Position numbers and translations under genes: made by a program. Below, piece after piece: positions 37,526 through 51,369 of a DNA stretch of 60,753 bases; within the stretch, counting starts at the first letter, position 1, and every line of letters begins with the position of its first letter. The notes under the pieces are model-generated. The model was given only the letters and a program-made list of their open reading frames with translations, was not told the origin of the DNA and searched no databases. The stretch is from assembly GCF_001194135.2 (NCBI RefSeq), contig NC_068982.1, forward strand, positions 30,477,782 through 30,538,534, read 5' to 3'. This DNA is from Octopus bimaculoides. Taxonomy: Eukaryota.

Positions 37526-37777
37526 TAAAGTATCAAAAACATTACTAGGTTAAACTTATGTGTTTAGTTGAGTCAAACCTTTTTAACTTTTGTTTTCTTA
37601 GTAACTTTAAAATTTTTGCTGCACTTTCTGTTGCTATCTAAAATTCTTATAAAAAATACTTCAAAATGAAGCCAGCTCATTTATTTGTTTTACATCTGTT
37701 TTTCCATGCTAGTATATGTTGAGGTATTGTTTTATAGGCGGATGCCTTTCTTGTTGCTAACCCTCGTTTGCTTTGAA

Positions 37778-38178
37778 AGGTAGGAGTGGCTGTGTGGTAA
37801 GTAGCTTGCTTACCAACCAGATGGTTCCGGGTTCAGTCCCACTGCGTGGCACCTTGGGCAAGTGTCTTCTACTGTAGCCTTGGGCCGACCAAAGCCTTGT
37901 GAGTGGATTTGGTAGGCGGAAACTGAAAGAAGCCCGTCGTATATATGTATATATATGTTTCTGTGTCTGTGTTTGTCCCCCCCCCCCTGCCAACATCGCT
38001 TGACAACCGATGCTAGTGTGTTTACGTTCCCGTAACTTAGCGGTTCGGCAAAAGAGGCCGATAGAATAAGTACTAGGCTTACAAAGAATATGTCCTGGGG
38101 TCAATTTACTCGACTAAAGGTGGTGCGCCAGCATGGCCACAGTCAAATGAATGAAACCAGTAAAAGAGTAAAAAGAGA
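37778..38178 (+). mobile_element. Full-length SINE family A
   Basis: Complete head, body and tail. Confidence 0.9.
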
Positions 38179-40244
38179 GCTAAAGGATGTATTTCGTCAA
38201 CTGGGAATGTCAACAAACAACACCATTTTCAGTTGACTGCATCCATGCAAAGTGCAGAATGTGAACACTTATCTAGACACCCTCATACACACACAGTGGG
38301 CTTCCGTACAGCTTCTTTCTACTAATTTTCCTCACGGGGCATTGATTGGCCTAAGTAGACTACGGTAGAATATGCTTGAGGTTTCACAGAGTGAGATAAT
38401 TTAAGACCGCATAGTAACAAAGTGAACCTCATATCAAACTGCACTGCCTCCATCTAGGACCCAGAGTTATACTGTCAACTGTTATACAAACTAGTGTAGA
38501 ATTATATTATAATCCTTACCATTTTGTATGCAAAAGATGTATAATAATCCTGTTATTTTTACCTTTTCAATAACACTCACCTCTGAGTTTATGATACAAA
38601 TCCTCCTGTTTTAGCCCCTTCAATCATGGATAAAAAAGTGAAACTATTCTTTAATTTTTATAAGAATTTTATATTCAATATACTTAATTTTTGGCATGGA
38701 TAAATAAAAATTTTGCTAACACAAGGTAAAAAAATACGAATTTATTTATACCTGGGAGATTTACGAGAAGACGCAGCCATCCTCTGTGACTTGTGAGCAA
38801 ACACTAAGCCAGAATCATGTGGTCTGGGTTATGTATGCACTTTAGAGACATCCATTGATTTAGTAACCGTGATTCAACTTGATTATGATTTATAATTTGT
38901 AATTTATACTGAAAAATTGTCTTAATACATTGGACAAAGTGATTGAGGAGGTTAAAATATTCATATCTAAATTAGAAGTTTCCATCCTAATTTCTTGTTA
39001 GAACATTTTGTTTAGTTATGCTCCAAACACCAGCTTCAAAATTGACAAGTTATTTCTCTAAATTCCTCCAAATTCATTTTATTTTTAAACATTGTTAAAC
39101 TGTTTGATAGTTTATTTCAGTAGAAATTCAGTAACGAACAGGTTAATGACCTTTACTTTTAATAAACATGATAGAGGAAATATATGGCTACTTATATGCC
39201 CGTTCTTGAAATATGATTAAACTAATTTATTTGCGTGATATTTTAAATCTCTTCTCTGATGTTATCTAACTGAGAGGTACCATCTGCATAAAAAATAGTT
39301 AAGTTAGTGTTAACACATTTAATGCTGGGATCATTAAAAAGTTAATTAGAAATGAATATGTAGTTGTGACACATCAACAATAGTCATGGACTGATATTAT
39401 TGTAAATATTTTGAAAAGTAGAGGAGACAACTCCAGAATGTTTCAGTCTTACTACATCCTCATTAGTGAAATATAAATTTTAATGTATATGGCAAAATAG
39501 TGCTGGAAGAATCAGGTGTGTATTATTTTGGTGTAAGCATTTGGAGCCTGTGCTTTCAGTAACTTATAAAGTTAAAGTATTAATTTAATTGTTATCTTGA
39601 GAATGGATGAAGACCCCCATTTAACTTTTTATATTAATTTCTTCTTTCTCTTTTGTTTGTTTTGCTCTGTTTGTTAACAAGACACTCAAACAAATTTGTG
39701 TTTCATTGTATGTATCAGAAGCATTATTAAATTAAAATAGCCACCTGTGTATTGTACTTTATGTAAATGCATCAGGTACAAGCAAATTAGATTCAGTATT
39801 CATTCAAAGATATATCTTATAGATATACAGTGCATACCATAAGAGATATCTCTAGACAATAATAACTCAATAAATGCAGTAAATTTGCTTGTATGTGATG
39901 TATTTGCATTGAGTATGATACCAAGATGGCTCTTTTGAATTTTTCATACTTTTATAGTAGTTCAATTTTTGATTATATTTTCACTATTTACTGTATATTA
40001 CCTAAAGCAGTGGTGCTAAAATTTTAAAATAAATGCATATAAAGCCAATACATGACATTTATAGCTAAGTTTATTATACTAGTTCAACTCTTTTATTAAT
40101 TGTTTTTTGAAGGTGTTGGATGAAAGAAATTTTGGGGAATATAAATGGATACATAAACGCAAAAGAGGTGTCTTAGAAGGAGAGGTAAGAAATACATTTC
40201 TTCAATTAATTTTTCTTTACAGATGCTTTTTTCTTTCTGTGACG

Positions 40245-40420
40245 CGGGCATGGCTGTGTGGTTAGGAAGCTTGCTTCCCAGCTACATGGTTTCGGGTTCA
40301 GTCCCACCGCCTGACACCTTGGGCAAGTGTCTTCTGCTATAGCCCCGAGCCGACCGAAGCTTTGTGATGGAATTTGGTAGACGGAAGTTACTGCCGTGTG
40401 TGTATATGTCTGTGTATGTG
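40245..40420 (+). mobile_element. SINE family A 5' half
   Basis: GGCATGGCTGTGTGGTTAGGAAGC...GGAATTTGGTAGACGGAAG. Confidence 0.8.
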
Positions 40421-41242
40421 CTTGTGCCTCTCTCCCAGAGAGTGAGAGAGGGATATATATATAAATGTGTATNNNNNNNNNNNNNNNNNNNNNNNNNNNN
40501 NNNNNNNNNNNNNNNNNNNNNNNNNNNNNNNNNNNNNNNNNNNNNNNNNNNNNNNNNNNNNNNNNNNNNNNNNNNNNNNNNNNNNNNNNNNNNNNNNNNN
40601 NNNNNNNNNNNNNNNNNNNNNNNNNNNNNNNNNNNNNNNNNNNNNNNNNNNNNNNNNNNNNNNNNNNNNNNNNNNNNNNNNNNNNNNNNNNNNNNNNNNN
40701 NNNNNNNNNNNNNNNNNNNNNNNNNNNNNNNNNNNNNNNNNNNNNNNNNNNNNNNNNNNNNNNNNNNNNNNNNNNNNNNNNNNNNNNNNNNNNNNNNNNN
40801 NNNNNNNNNNNNNNNNNNNNNNNNNNNNNNNNNNNNNNNNNNNNNNNNNNNNNNNNNNNNNNNNNNNNNNNNNNNNNNNNNNNNNNNNNNNNNNNNNNNN
40901 NNNNNNNNNNNNNNNNNNNNNNNNNNNNNNNNNNNNNNNNNNNNNNNNNNNNNNNNNNNNNNNNNNNNNNNNNNNNNNNNNNNNNNNNNNNNNNNNNNNN
41001 NNNNNNNNNNNNNNNNNNNNNNNNNNNNNNNNNNNNNNNNNNNNNNNNNNNNNNNNNNNNNNNNNNNNNNNNNNNNNNNNNNNNNNNNNNNNNNNNNNNN
41101 NNNNNNNNNNNNNNNNNNNNNNNNNNNNNNNNNNNNNNNNNNNNNNNNNNNNNNNNNNNNNNNNNNNNNNNNNNNNNNNNNNNNNNNNNNNNNNNNNNNN
41201 NNNNNNNNNNNNNNNNNNNNNNNNNNNNNNNNNNNNNNNNNC

Positions 41243-41530
41243 TTACTTGGCTTGCCGGGTCTTCTCACGCACAGCACATTTCCAAAGGTCTCGGTCAGTA
41301 GTCATCGCCTCGGTGAGGCCCAATGTACGAAGGTCTTGCCTCACCACCTCAGCCCAGGTCTTCCTGGGCCTACCTCTTCCACGGGTTCCCTCAACTGTTA
41401 GGGTGTGGCACTTTTTCACGCAGCTATCCTCATCCATTCTCACCACATGTCCATACCAGCGCAATCATCTCTCTTGCACACCACAACTGATGCTTCTAAT
41501 GTTCAGCTTTTCTCTCAGGATACTTACACT
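41243..41530 (-). mobile_element. RTE LINE 3' end with an open C-terminal frame
   Basis: LRWYGHVVRMDEDSCVKKCHTLTVEGTRGRGRPRKTWAEVVRQDLRTLGLTEAMTTDRDLWKCAVREKTRQAK*. Confidence 0.85.
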
Positions 41531-41569
41531 CTGACGGGTATTCACATTGACATTACACATCCAACGGAG

Positions 41570-42125
41570 CATATGTATATGTTTGTGTATCTGTGTATGT
41601 ATCCCCTCACTTGACAACCAATGTTGGTGTGTTTGTGTCCCTGTAACCTAGCAGTTTGGCAAAACAGACCAATAGAATAAGTACTAGGCTTACAAAGAAT
41701 AAGTCCCAGGGTCGATTTGTTCAACTTAAGGTGGTACTCCAGCATGGCCACAGTCAAATGAAAGAATAAGCGCAGGAGTGGCTGTGTGGTAAATAGCTTG
41801 CTCACCAACCACGTGGTTCCAGGTTCAGTCCCACTGCATGGCACATTGGCAAGTGTCTCCTACTATAGCCTCGGGCTAACCAAAGCCTTGTAAAGGAAAC
41901 TGAAGGAAGCTCATCGTATATATATGTTTGTGTGTCTGTGTTTGTCCTTCCAACATCACTTGACAAATGATGCTGCTGTGTTTATGTCCCTGTAACTTAG
42001 TGGTTCAGCATAAGAGACTGATAGAATAAATACTAGGCTTACAAAGAATAAGTCCTGGGGTCGATTTGTTCAACTAAAGGCTCTAGCATGGCCACAGTCA
42101 AATGACTGAAACAAGTAAAAGAATA
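41570..42125 (+). mobile_element. Tandem SINE family A: a tail (41570-41768) followed by a near-full copy
   Basis: The second head GCGCAGGAGTGGCTGTGTGG directly follows the first tail. Confidence 0.85.
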
Positions 42126-44242
42126 TAAACACACATATGCAAACACACATATGAAACTCTTGGCTCCTGAGTCAATATTAATAACACTTTTTTCTGCAAA
42201 ATAGGGGTAGCTTATCCTGTTCAGGCTATATTATTAGCATTATTCTGTGTTTGCAAATTTAAAAATCACTTCTTCAACTTTCTAAGACATCTCAACGGTT
42301 CTAAAAGCAAACTTTGTTTGTTTATGTTTATCGTAATTTGTATTAATAAATATATTTATATATGTATATATATATGTGTGTGTGTGTATGTATATATATA
42401 TACATATATATGTATATATTTGACTCACTCTGCCAATTTTGGAATTGTAACTCTAACTCAGAGAGCAACAAATTGACTAACTCTACAAATTTGTGTGTTT
42501 GCTTTAACCGTTAGCTTTTGTGCAGCTGGCTGTTCTCCCTAACAGTAGTCAATCAGCTGTTAATTGTTGATAGTTCTTATTTTCCAGCTGACTAACTAAG
42601 AAATGCTAAACTGCCTATGGAGGATTTCATCAATACTATAATTATTTGGCCACTCAGTTTTTCAATTATTGCATGCCTCTGACTGTGTGCGTCTTTGAGA
42701 TAGAGAATATGTATATGTGTTGTGTGTGTGCGCGCGTGTGAGAATATATCCGTGTGTATTTGTATGTTTGTGTGTGTGTGTAAAGGCCACTAGCGTATCC
42801 ACCCCTACCAACGTAAATTTGTAATTTACTTGGTTGTACAGCCATTACTTGGAAGAAATAATCTTCATTGTATGCAGCCTAAGGGTAATTAGTTTGATTC
42901 AGCTGAAAGCACACACACACACACACACACGTGCGTGTGCGTGCATACACAAACACACAGGTTACACAAACAAGGAATTACAAGAAACTTAGTGCATTTT
43001 CGATAAGAACATACATAAGACACACAGACATTTGCATATACACAGATACTTGATTATACCTAGATATTTGTATGAACATATGTATAAGTAAACAAATACA
43101 TAGATAATTTAACTTCGTCATCCAGATGTATATATATATCGGTGTATCCAACTGTAAATATACAAGATAAAAGTTATCTTCTGGGGTCTGTTTTCATTTT
43201 CTTTATTCATGTGTTTTTTAGTATTATTATTTATTATTATTTTTTATCCTTTTTTTTTTTTTTACTCATTTGTATTTTGTCTCGCCAAATTTGGTTTAAA
43301 AGTGGACAGTTAGCAAATATTAATAAGTTTCTGTTTGCTAACTTACTTGGCAAATGGCACTTTGAGTCTGATTTCGTTTTGCTATTCATTGATTTCAACA
43401 ATGCCTGTGAATTAAAGTAATTTTCAGGTGAGACACGTCTTCTCTTTGTGTATATGTGTGTGTGTATGTGTGTTTAAGAGAGGCTGGTATGATGCTTTGT
43501 TCATATGTGTTAGAAGTAATTCTGTTCTGACAGCCTCAGAAAAAAACAAAAGTAAGTGATAGTGTTAATTTTTTTCCATTCTCTTATTGCATAGTTATTC
43601 CTTATTAGAGCTCTGTTTAATATCTTATCTCCTTCTTTAGGAAATCTATGCTCTCTCTTTCTCTCTATATTTATATGTATGTGCATGTATATATACATAG
43701 CCACATATATACATACATACATACATATATATATATATATATTACTAATAATCTCACCATGTACATATGTTGACTGTAGTCGAGTAACCCAATTAGGAAA
43801 GCCTGCCAGACCACGTATACTGATCTGTCTTGTGTACTTATTGAGGATAAGAGCAATCTCCAGAATGCATAAACAGCCCAAGAGAGCAATGCATTCCATC
43901 TATATTTGATATGATTGTGATAAAATGTAATTTTTCAATTAGCTTCCATCTTCGTCTGTTGTGTTTTTTGAATATTAATGATTTGGTTTCGCTTGTTACT
44001 ATTTCTGTGCTGAGGATATAAAAGCATTGTTATTCATATAGCTTGGAAACACTTGTGTATTCAGTAGGGAAAAATATAGTGGAAATAAAGGAGGGATTTT
44101 GTAAAATCTTCATTGTTGGGTTGAGTTTAGTTGAGGTGAAGTGAAACAAAAAGTTCAGTTAAGGAACATCAAAGCATTTTCAATTGTTACTATTGTTTTG
44201 AATTATTGAGTTATCATATTTCTGTTGAACATATATATATAT

Positions 44243-44400
44243 ATGGGAGAATTCACAAAAAAACAACAGATGAAGACAGGTGGTGTAAACAACAAATGGA
44301 TGTATTAGTATAACGCTCAGGAATAGAGAAAGTCTTTAACGTTTCAAGTCTACGCTCTTCAACAGAAAGGAACACAGAAAGAAACAGGGAGAGAAAAATA
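44243..44400. mobile_element. Penelope-like short repeat with a hammerhead-like motif on the minus strand
   Basis: Minus strand CTTT-CTGTTGA-AGAGCGTAGACTT-GAAAC-GTT-AAAG. Confidence 0.45.
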
Positions 44401-44529
44401 TATATGTGTAGTGGTCAGCGATGCCTTCCATGCTGGCATGGGTAGGACATATATATATATATATATTCCACAGTGTTATAGAAAGTATCAATCTTGATTC
44501 AAATTATCTATGGGAAGATTTCAAAACTA

Positions 44530-45720
44530 AAGTATTTCAGGCTGCATGTTCTTCAGTGTGATTTAAATCATGCAAGTCCAGTGACTGGTTTGCAGATAAA
44601 TCACCAGAAATTCATGATCTACTTTTAGAAAAACAAAATTTAAGCAATAAAGCAATACACTTCTCTCTCAGTCCTTGAAAACCAACTTAAACAAAACTTA
44701 CAGAAAGCTGAAAGGAAAAATGCAATCAGCTCTAAAGAATATTTATCACGAATGATGGAATGACAGAGCAAAAGGGGTGCATGAAGCAGCTGATAGAAAT
44801 GATGCCAAGGGTTTGTACTCTTATGTTAGGGAGGTATATGGCCCCAAATCTTCTTCAGTAGCTCCAGTGAGACCAGCGAATGGACATTTGCTTTTGACTG
44901 ACACTGCTTCTATTCATAAATGCTGGATAGAACATTTTTCTGCACTTTTGAATAGACCATCATCCGTTGACATTGAGGATGATAGAAAATATCAAATACC
45001 TTCCAGCTACAGAGGAGATGACATTTGAACCAACTCTAAATAACATTTATTGTGAATAAGCTGAATAAGAAAAAGTCTCCAGGGTCTGATGGGATCTGTG
45101 CAAAGGTTTTGAAATATGGGGATGACAAAATGTTTGAACCTTTAGATATATTAATTTGTCACTGTTGGAGAACTGAGGAAGTGCCTCAAGACTGGATTGA
45201 TGCCATTTTAATCTTCTTGTATAAATTGGGGCCAAAGGATCTGTGTGGTAATTTTTGTGGGATTTTCGCTTTTGTCTGTAGTTGGAAAGGTACTTGCCTG
45301 CATTTTGTTGGAACCTTTAAATACCTTCATAGTTCCAAATAAAGTGTCTGAGCTTCAATGTGGTTCTTGCTCCTCCAGGGGCACAGTTGATTATATCTTT
45401 ACTATCAGACAATTGTAGGAAAAGTGCATTGAACAGAATCTTGCCCTATACCATTGCTTTGTTGATTTATGCAAGGCATTTGATACTATTAATCAAAATG
45501 CTCTGTGACTAATTCTAATGAAAATAGGTTGCCCAGAAAAATTTTGGTGGTAGGCTCTCTGAATCTTTTGCTGTGGAAAATGGATTAAAGCAAGGAGACC
45601 TTGATGCACCTGCCCTCTTTGCAATATACTTTGCTGTTGTGCTCTCATGTGCTTTTCAAAGCTTAGAGTAGAGTATTTACATAAAATATCAAACAACAGG
45701 GAATGTTTTTAATCTGACCA
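44530..45720 (+). mobile_element. Decayed RTE-clade LINE (linker plus RT N-terminal part)
   Basis: EAADRNDAKGLYSYVREVYGPK...WIEHFSALLNRPS; KKSPGSDGICAKVLKYG...EEVPQDWIDAILIFLYK...GNFCGI; FVDLCKAFDTIN. Frameshifted. Confidence 0.85.
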
Positions 45721-46389
45721 AAGTGAAATTCAAATTCTGACAATTTGTTGTGATTTTACGATTTTTCTTATAGTTAAATATAAAAGTTCTTCAAAATATT
45801 TCTCTGTCAATATATACTATATGGCTTGTACAATGATACATTAAGGAACTTTTTTTTTCTTATGAGTACTATTGGATTATTTGAATCCATACGTATTGTG
45901 ACTTGAATTTATACATGCATGCATACATACATACATACATACATACATACACACATACATAAAAACGCATCCATAAAACAAACATACAAATCTGAGCATA
46001 CACTAACACCAAATACTGCACACACACACATATGCACAAATACCTAGATGATGTTGATAAAAGTTCCAAGGAAGGAGCCTTGAATCTATGTTAGAGTCCG
46101 GCTCTTTCTCTATGGACAAGAAATACAGAAATGAAACTGATTGATAACATACATACATACACACACACACACCCACACTTTGCTTAGGCATTCTCATTTG
46201 TAATGCTTTCTTGTATATATGCTTAAATGTATGTTTTCCAAAATAAATTGCACTTCATGTTTGAAGCTCTGATGAAACTGTAAGCTGTTACTCGGGCACC
46301 CAACTATTTATCCACCACATCTTACAGTGGAAACAACGAAGTTCATAAGATAATCATTATTCCTTTGTCCTCCCTTTTCTTATATTTAT

Positions 46390-46765
46390 ATCTTTTACTT
46401 GATTCAGTCATTTCAGATTGTAGCCATGCTCGAGTACCACCTTGAAGAATTCTAGTTGAACATATCACCCCCAGGCCTTATTTTTTAAAACCTGATACTT
46501 ACTAGTCTCTTTTGCTAAACCAATAAGTTATGGGGATGTAAGCACACTAACACCGGTTGTCAAGCAGTGGGGGTGGATAATGGCACACACACACACATGC
46601 TTGCAACAGACTTCTTTCAGTTTCCATCTACCAAATCCACTCACAGGGCTTTGGTCAGCATGAGGCTATAGTAGAAGACACTTGCCCAAAGTACCACAGT
46701 GGAATTGAACCTTGGACCATGTGGTTGAGAAGTAAACTTCTTACCACACAGCCACACCTGCACTT
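46390..46765 (-). mobile_element. Full-length diverged SINE family A
   Basis: Reverse complement of tail, body and head. Confidence 0.8.
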
Positions 46766-47499
46766 AAATGGCCTTTTATCAATTCAGTTTGAAAATAATG
46801 ACGAATTTAGTGAAATATCTCTTTTATTATTAAGTTGGTCTTAGAAACTTAAATTGACAGGAAACTTAATGGAAGGTTTTAAATTAAATCATTGTGAAAC
46901 AGGAAATTTGTATCATAAAACCAGAGATAGTCTCAGGTGGACTGGTATCAAAAGAGTTAATAATAGAAAACCTTCTCACCTTAAACCATGTGATGCTAAT
47001 TAGTCTGAGGCTGCTTCAATGATACAAACTTCATCTTTTAAAATGATTTAAATTAAATGTTTATGCATTTGTTTTGCAAGATTCTTGATGTGAAAATATG
47101 TGTTGAGACAGAAGCCATTATACTTGGAGATTGTCATCTTTTTGCCAATTAAACACACACTGTTTGTTTGATCTTCCCTTTAGTTTTTATTCATATTATT
47201 TTTAGTTTGTTTGTCTGTCAAAGATCTTCCATCACACTCTGTGACCTTTTCAGCAACTTTCTGTCTTATGTGTCTCCTCTTCTCCTGCCTATTCCATCTC
47301 AGGTAGAGATACATATGACAAGGACAAAATGGAGTAGGCAGGGCAAGAGGAGACACATGGGACAGCGAGTCGTTGAAGAGGTCACAGAAATGTGTAAGGA
47401 AAGAACTTTCACAGACAATTAAAATGAAAATAATAATGATAATGGTTTCAAATTTTGTCACAAGGACTGCAGTTTGTGGTGAGGGGTTTGTGGCCACAG

Positions 47500-47708
47500 A
47501 GAAGGCACCACATAATAGCACCCATGCCAGTACCATGTAAACAGTATCTAGTATAAAGTGGTTGGCATTGGGAAGGGCATCCAACATAGAAACCAAGCCA
47601 AATCAGGTTGGAGCCTGGTGCAACTTTTCTGCTTGCCAGCTGTGGTCAAAGTGTCCAACTCATGTCAGCATGGAAAACGGACATTAAAAGCTGATGATGA
47701 TGATGATT
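47500..47708 (+). mobile_element. Diverged RTE-tail-like element
   Basis: GTGGTTGGCATTGGGAAGGGCATCCA...CATGGAAAACGGACATTAAAAGCTGATGATG. Confidence 0.7.
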
Positions 47709-47834
47709 ATGTCACATAAAGCTTTCATATGACTTAAGCATACTGTAACAAGGAACTTTATATTTGCTTTTTTTTTTTTTTTTTGTTCTTGTAACCATTT
47801 TTATAATAATATCAACTATGCGCAAGAGTGGCTT

Positions 47835-48000
47835 AGGCGCAGGAGTGGCTGTGTGGTAAGTAGCTAGCTTACCAACCACATGGTCCCAGGTTCAGTCCCA
47901 CTGCGTGGCACTTTGGGCAAGTGTCTTCTACTATAGCCTCGGGCCAACCAAAGCCTTGTGAGTGGATTTGGTAGACGGAAACTGAAAGAAGCTCGTCGTA

Positions 48001-48071
<71 letters not shown>

Positions 48072-48285
48072 ATGTGTGTGTGTCTGTGTTTGTCCCCCCA
48101 ACATCGCTTGACAACTGATGGTGGTGTGTTTACGTGCCCGTAACTTAGCGGTTCGGCAAAAGAGACCGATAGAATAAGTGCTAGGCTTCCAAAGAGTAAG
48201 CCCTGGGGTCGATTTGTTCGACTAAAGGCGGTGCTCCAGCATGGCCGCAGTCAAATGACTGAAACAAGTAAAAGAGTAAAAGAGT
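47835..48285 (+). mobile_element. Full-length SINE family A
   Basis: AGGCGCAGGAGTGGCTGTGTGG...GTAAAAGAGTAAAAGAG. Confidence 0.9.
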
Positions 48286-48682
48286 ATGCGTTTATGTAGA
48301 TTTTCAAATTAATCATAAATTTCAAGTTGGTGCTAATTAAAGTCATGAAATTTTTTTTTTCTTTTTCAAGCAGTCATTTGTTCTCTAGCTCCAGTCCAGT
48401 CATGAATGACCATTGTTTCGGTTATAGTTCATTGTTTGTTCAATTCAAAAATGTTCTTGCTGTATTCTTAAAGACAGTAGAGAGCAAGTTGAGAGATTTA
48501 GCTGCTATCTCTAGGAGAACAAGGAACGCATAGAGACGCCCTCATTTTGATTGTTTATTTATTGGAATTTTAAAGTAGTATTTAAAACACAAGACTTTCT
48601 TTCTTAAAGAAACATGCTTGAATTTATTGCAAAGATGTAGTGGTAGGTGAACTCACATTACTTAGTATTGAAAGAGTTAAGG

Positions 48683-48909
48683 TTAACCCTTTAGTATTCA
48701 GATCATTCTGTCAAATGTAATGTTTGTTTACTTATATTGTTTTGAATTAATCATGCATTACCTTGTAGTTCAGAGATTTCGATGATGTGATTGTTTAGTT
48801 TTAAAATTATATTTAGGCTTAAGGTGAGAGGCTGGATCTGGCCAGTTTGAACATAAAACAGGCTAAACATTTTGGCTGGATATGGCCAGTTTGAATGCTA
48901 AAGAGTTAA
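48683..48909. mobile_element. piggyBac-like MITE
   Basis: TTAACCCTTTAGTATTCA...TGAATGCTAAAGAGTTAA: TTAA flanks with short TIRs. Confidence 0.7.
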
Positions 48910-49107
48910 ATTGTGTGTTGAAAATTATTATTGCATCTTGGTAGAGTCATTTGATCAATTTAAAACATGTTATTACATTCAGGTACAGTGTTACAAGATT
49001 TACATGAAAATTTTGGAAAGGAAATATTTTCTGGTAGCTAGGGACCTCTTGGGAAAATTGCTGCTGGTGTCGGTATTTTTTTTTTTTTAACATGAGTTCT
49101 TCCTTCA

Positions 49108-49625
49108 CTTTTACTCTTTTACTTGTTTCAGTCATTTGACTGTGGCCTTGCTGGAGCACCACCTTTAGTCGAGCAAATCGACCCCAGGACTTATTCTTTG
49201 TAAGCCTAGTACTTATTCTATCGGTCTCTTTTGCCAGATCGCTAATTTACGGGGATGTAAACACACCAGCATCAGCTGTCAAGCAATGTTGGGGGACAAA
49301 CACACACACACACACATACTCATATATATATNNNNNNNNNNNNNNNNNNNNNNNNNNNNNNNNNNNNNNNNNNNNNNNNNNNNNNNNNNNNNNNNNNNNN
49401 NNNNNNNNNNNNNNNNNNNNNNNNNNNNNNNNNNNNNNNNNNNNNNNNNNNNNACATATATATGACAGGCTTCTTTTAGTTCCATCTACCAAATCCACTC
49501 ACAAGGCTTTGGTCGGCCCGAGACTATAGTAGAAGATACTTGCCCAAGGTGCCATGCAGTGAGATTGAACCTGAAACCAGGCGGTTCGTAAGCAAGCTAC
49601 TTACCACACAGCTACTCCTACGCCT
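49108..49625 (-). mobile_element. Full-length SINE family A with an internal gap
   Basis: Tail, body and head all present in reverse complement. Confidence 0.85.
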
Positions 49626-49665
49626 TCTCATCATCATTATTTTACATCTCTTTTTTTTTTTTTTT

Positions 49666-49713
49666 TAATGCTGGTATAAGTTAATGCTGGTATAAGTTCT
49701 TAATGCTGGTATA
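49666..49713. repeat. Short tandem repeat TTAATGCTGGTATAAG(TTC), 4 copies
   Basis: Directly visible. Confidence 0.85.
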
Positions 49714-50370
49714 AGTTCTTAATGCTGGTATAAGGTTTTCCAAGGCATTGTTTTACAACTGGATACCATTTTCTTCTTACAACATACAGAAGCGTAGTGT
49801 ATTTATTTTAAATTATTATATTCAACAGCTGCAGTCTATGTTTAGTGTATCCATTTAATCTCAGGAGATTTTTGCTGACCTGGAGAAACATTAATATTAT
49901 CTTTTCTCATAATACTGTAAAGCACAAGCTAAAAGATGAGTGATAATGCATGCCTATGTTGACTTTAAAAGGTTTCCTCATTGGCATTTTTTGTGATGCT
50001 TGAATCATGAGGTTCGTGTCAAATATATTGGCTTAAATTTTTCATATTTCATCTCTAATCCCTACGGATGACTACATTGTCACTCAACTTGCTACAAATA
50101 GTAGCCAAATTTCCTTCAGATCTTATTTTATCACCTTAAGTAAAAGGTAGGATATACTGATAAATAAAATACTAGATGAAGAAAACTATGGATGGTTACA
50201 TCAGAAATTCTTTTGCTTTATATGAGCTGATCTGGGCTGAACAACACAATATCGCAGTCATTCCTATCATTACACATTTTAACAGCTCATCCCCAGTGTT
50301 TAACCTTTTCATCACTATCATTCTTTCAATAGATTGTTTATATGTTACTATTAATTGTTAATATAATTGG

Positions 50371-50703
50371 TAGTAAAGGCTGGCAGAATTGTTAGCACAC
50401 CAGGCAAAGAACTCTTTTATTTGTTTCAGTCATTTGACTGTGGCCATGCTGGAGCACCGCCTTTTTTTATTATTTTTTTTAGTCGTGCAAATCGACCCCA
50501 GGAGTTATTCTTTGTAAGCCTAGTACTTATTCTATTGGTATCTTTTGCCAAACTGCTAAGTTATTGGAACGTAAACACACCAGCATCGGTTGTCAGGCAA
50601 TGTTGGGGGGGACAAACACAGACACACAAACATATACACACACATACACACACACACACCTACATACATATATATATATATATACACACATACACACACA
50701 CAC

Positions 50704-50752
<49 letters not shown>

Positions 50753-51065
50753 TATATACGACGGGCTTCTTTCAGTTTCCATCTACCAAATCCACTCACA
50801 AGGCTTTGGTCGGCCTGAGGCTATAGTAGAAGACACTTGCCCAAGGTACCAGGCAGTGGGACTGAACCCAGAACCATGTGGTTCATAAGCAAGCTACTTA
50901 CCACACAGCCTCTCCTCACATACTGAATTCAAATTCTGCTGAGGTTGACTTTGCATTTCATCCTTTCAGGATCGATAAAATAAGTACCAGTTGAGCACTG
51001 GGGGTCGATGTAATCCATAAGATCCTTCCCCTAAAATTGCTGGCTTTGTGCCAAAATTTGAAATC
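50371..51065 (+). mobile_element. SINE family B split by a reverse-oriented SINE family A (about 50415-50918)
   Basis: The B head ends at about 50412 and resumes at about 50920 (CATACTGAATTCAAATTCTGC). A complete A copy lies between. Confidence 0.8.
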
Positions 51066-51159
51066 AATATAATCAGTGATGTTGATTTTTTACTTGCCCC
51101 CTCATCACTTCCTGTTGAGGAAAAGTTAAATATTTTTCTAAATATAATCAATGATGTTT

Positions 51160-51290
51160 AGAAAACTATCTTTCCCTCAACAGGAAGTGTTGAAGGAGAG
51201 AGAGCAAGAGGCAAGTAAAAACCTTTGTGGATTGATAGCATTAAAGTATGGACAGGAAACAGGAGCCTGTTTAATTGTATGCATTGCACC
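51160..51290 (+). mobile_element. RTE LINE extreme C-terminus remnant
   Basis: TGSVEGERARGK*KPLWIDSIKVWTG resembles the RTE G.R.RGR..W.D.IK motif. Confidence 0.6.
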
Positions 51291-51369
51291 ATAACATAGA
51301 GGGAACTAGAGAACCTTAGCAAATCAATCCCTTGACTCAGGGAAGGCACCTGTCTGGCTGATATCTTTA

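Noticed and set aside
40282-41534. Long ORFs (up to 355 aa) in the ORF track, and similar ones at other gaps
   Set aside because: They are artefacts of N runs read as X.
43758-43899. Minus-strand exon candidate with ATG|gtgaga donor and two open frames
   Set aside because: The acceptor lacks a pyrimidine tract, neither peptide is recognisable, and no partner exons were found.
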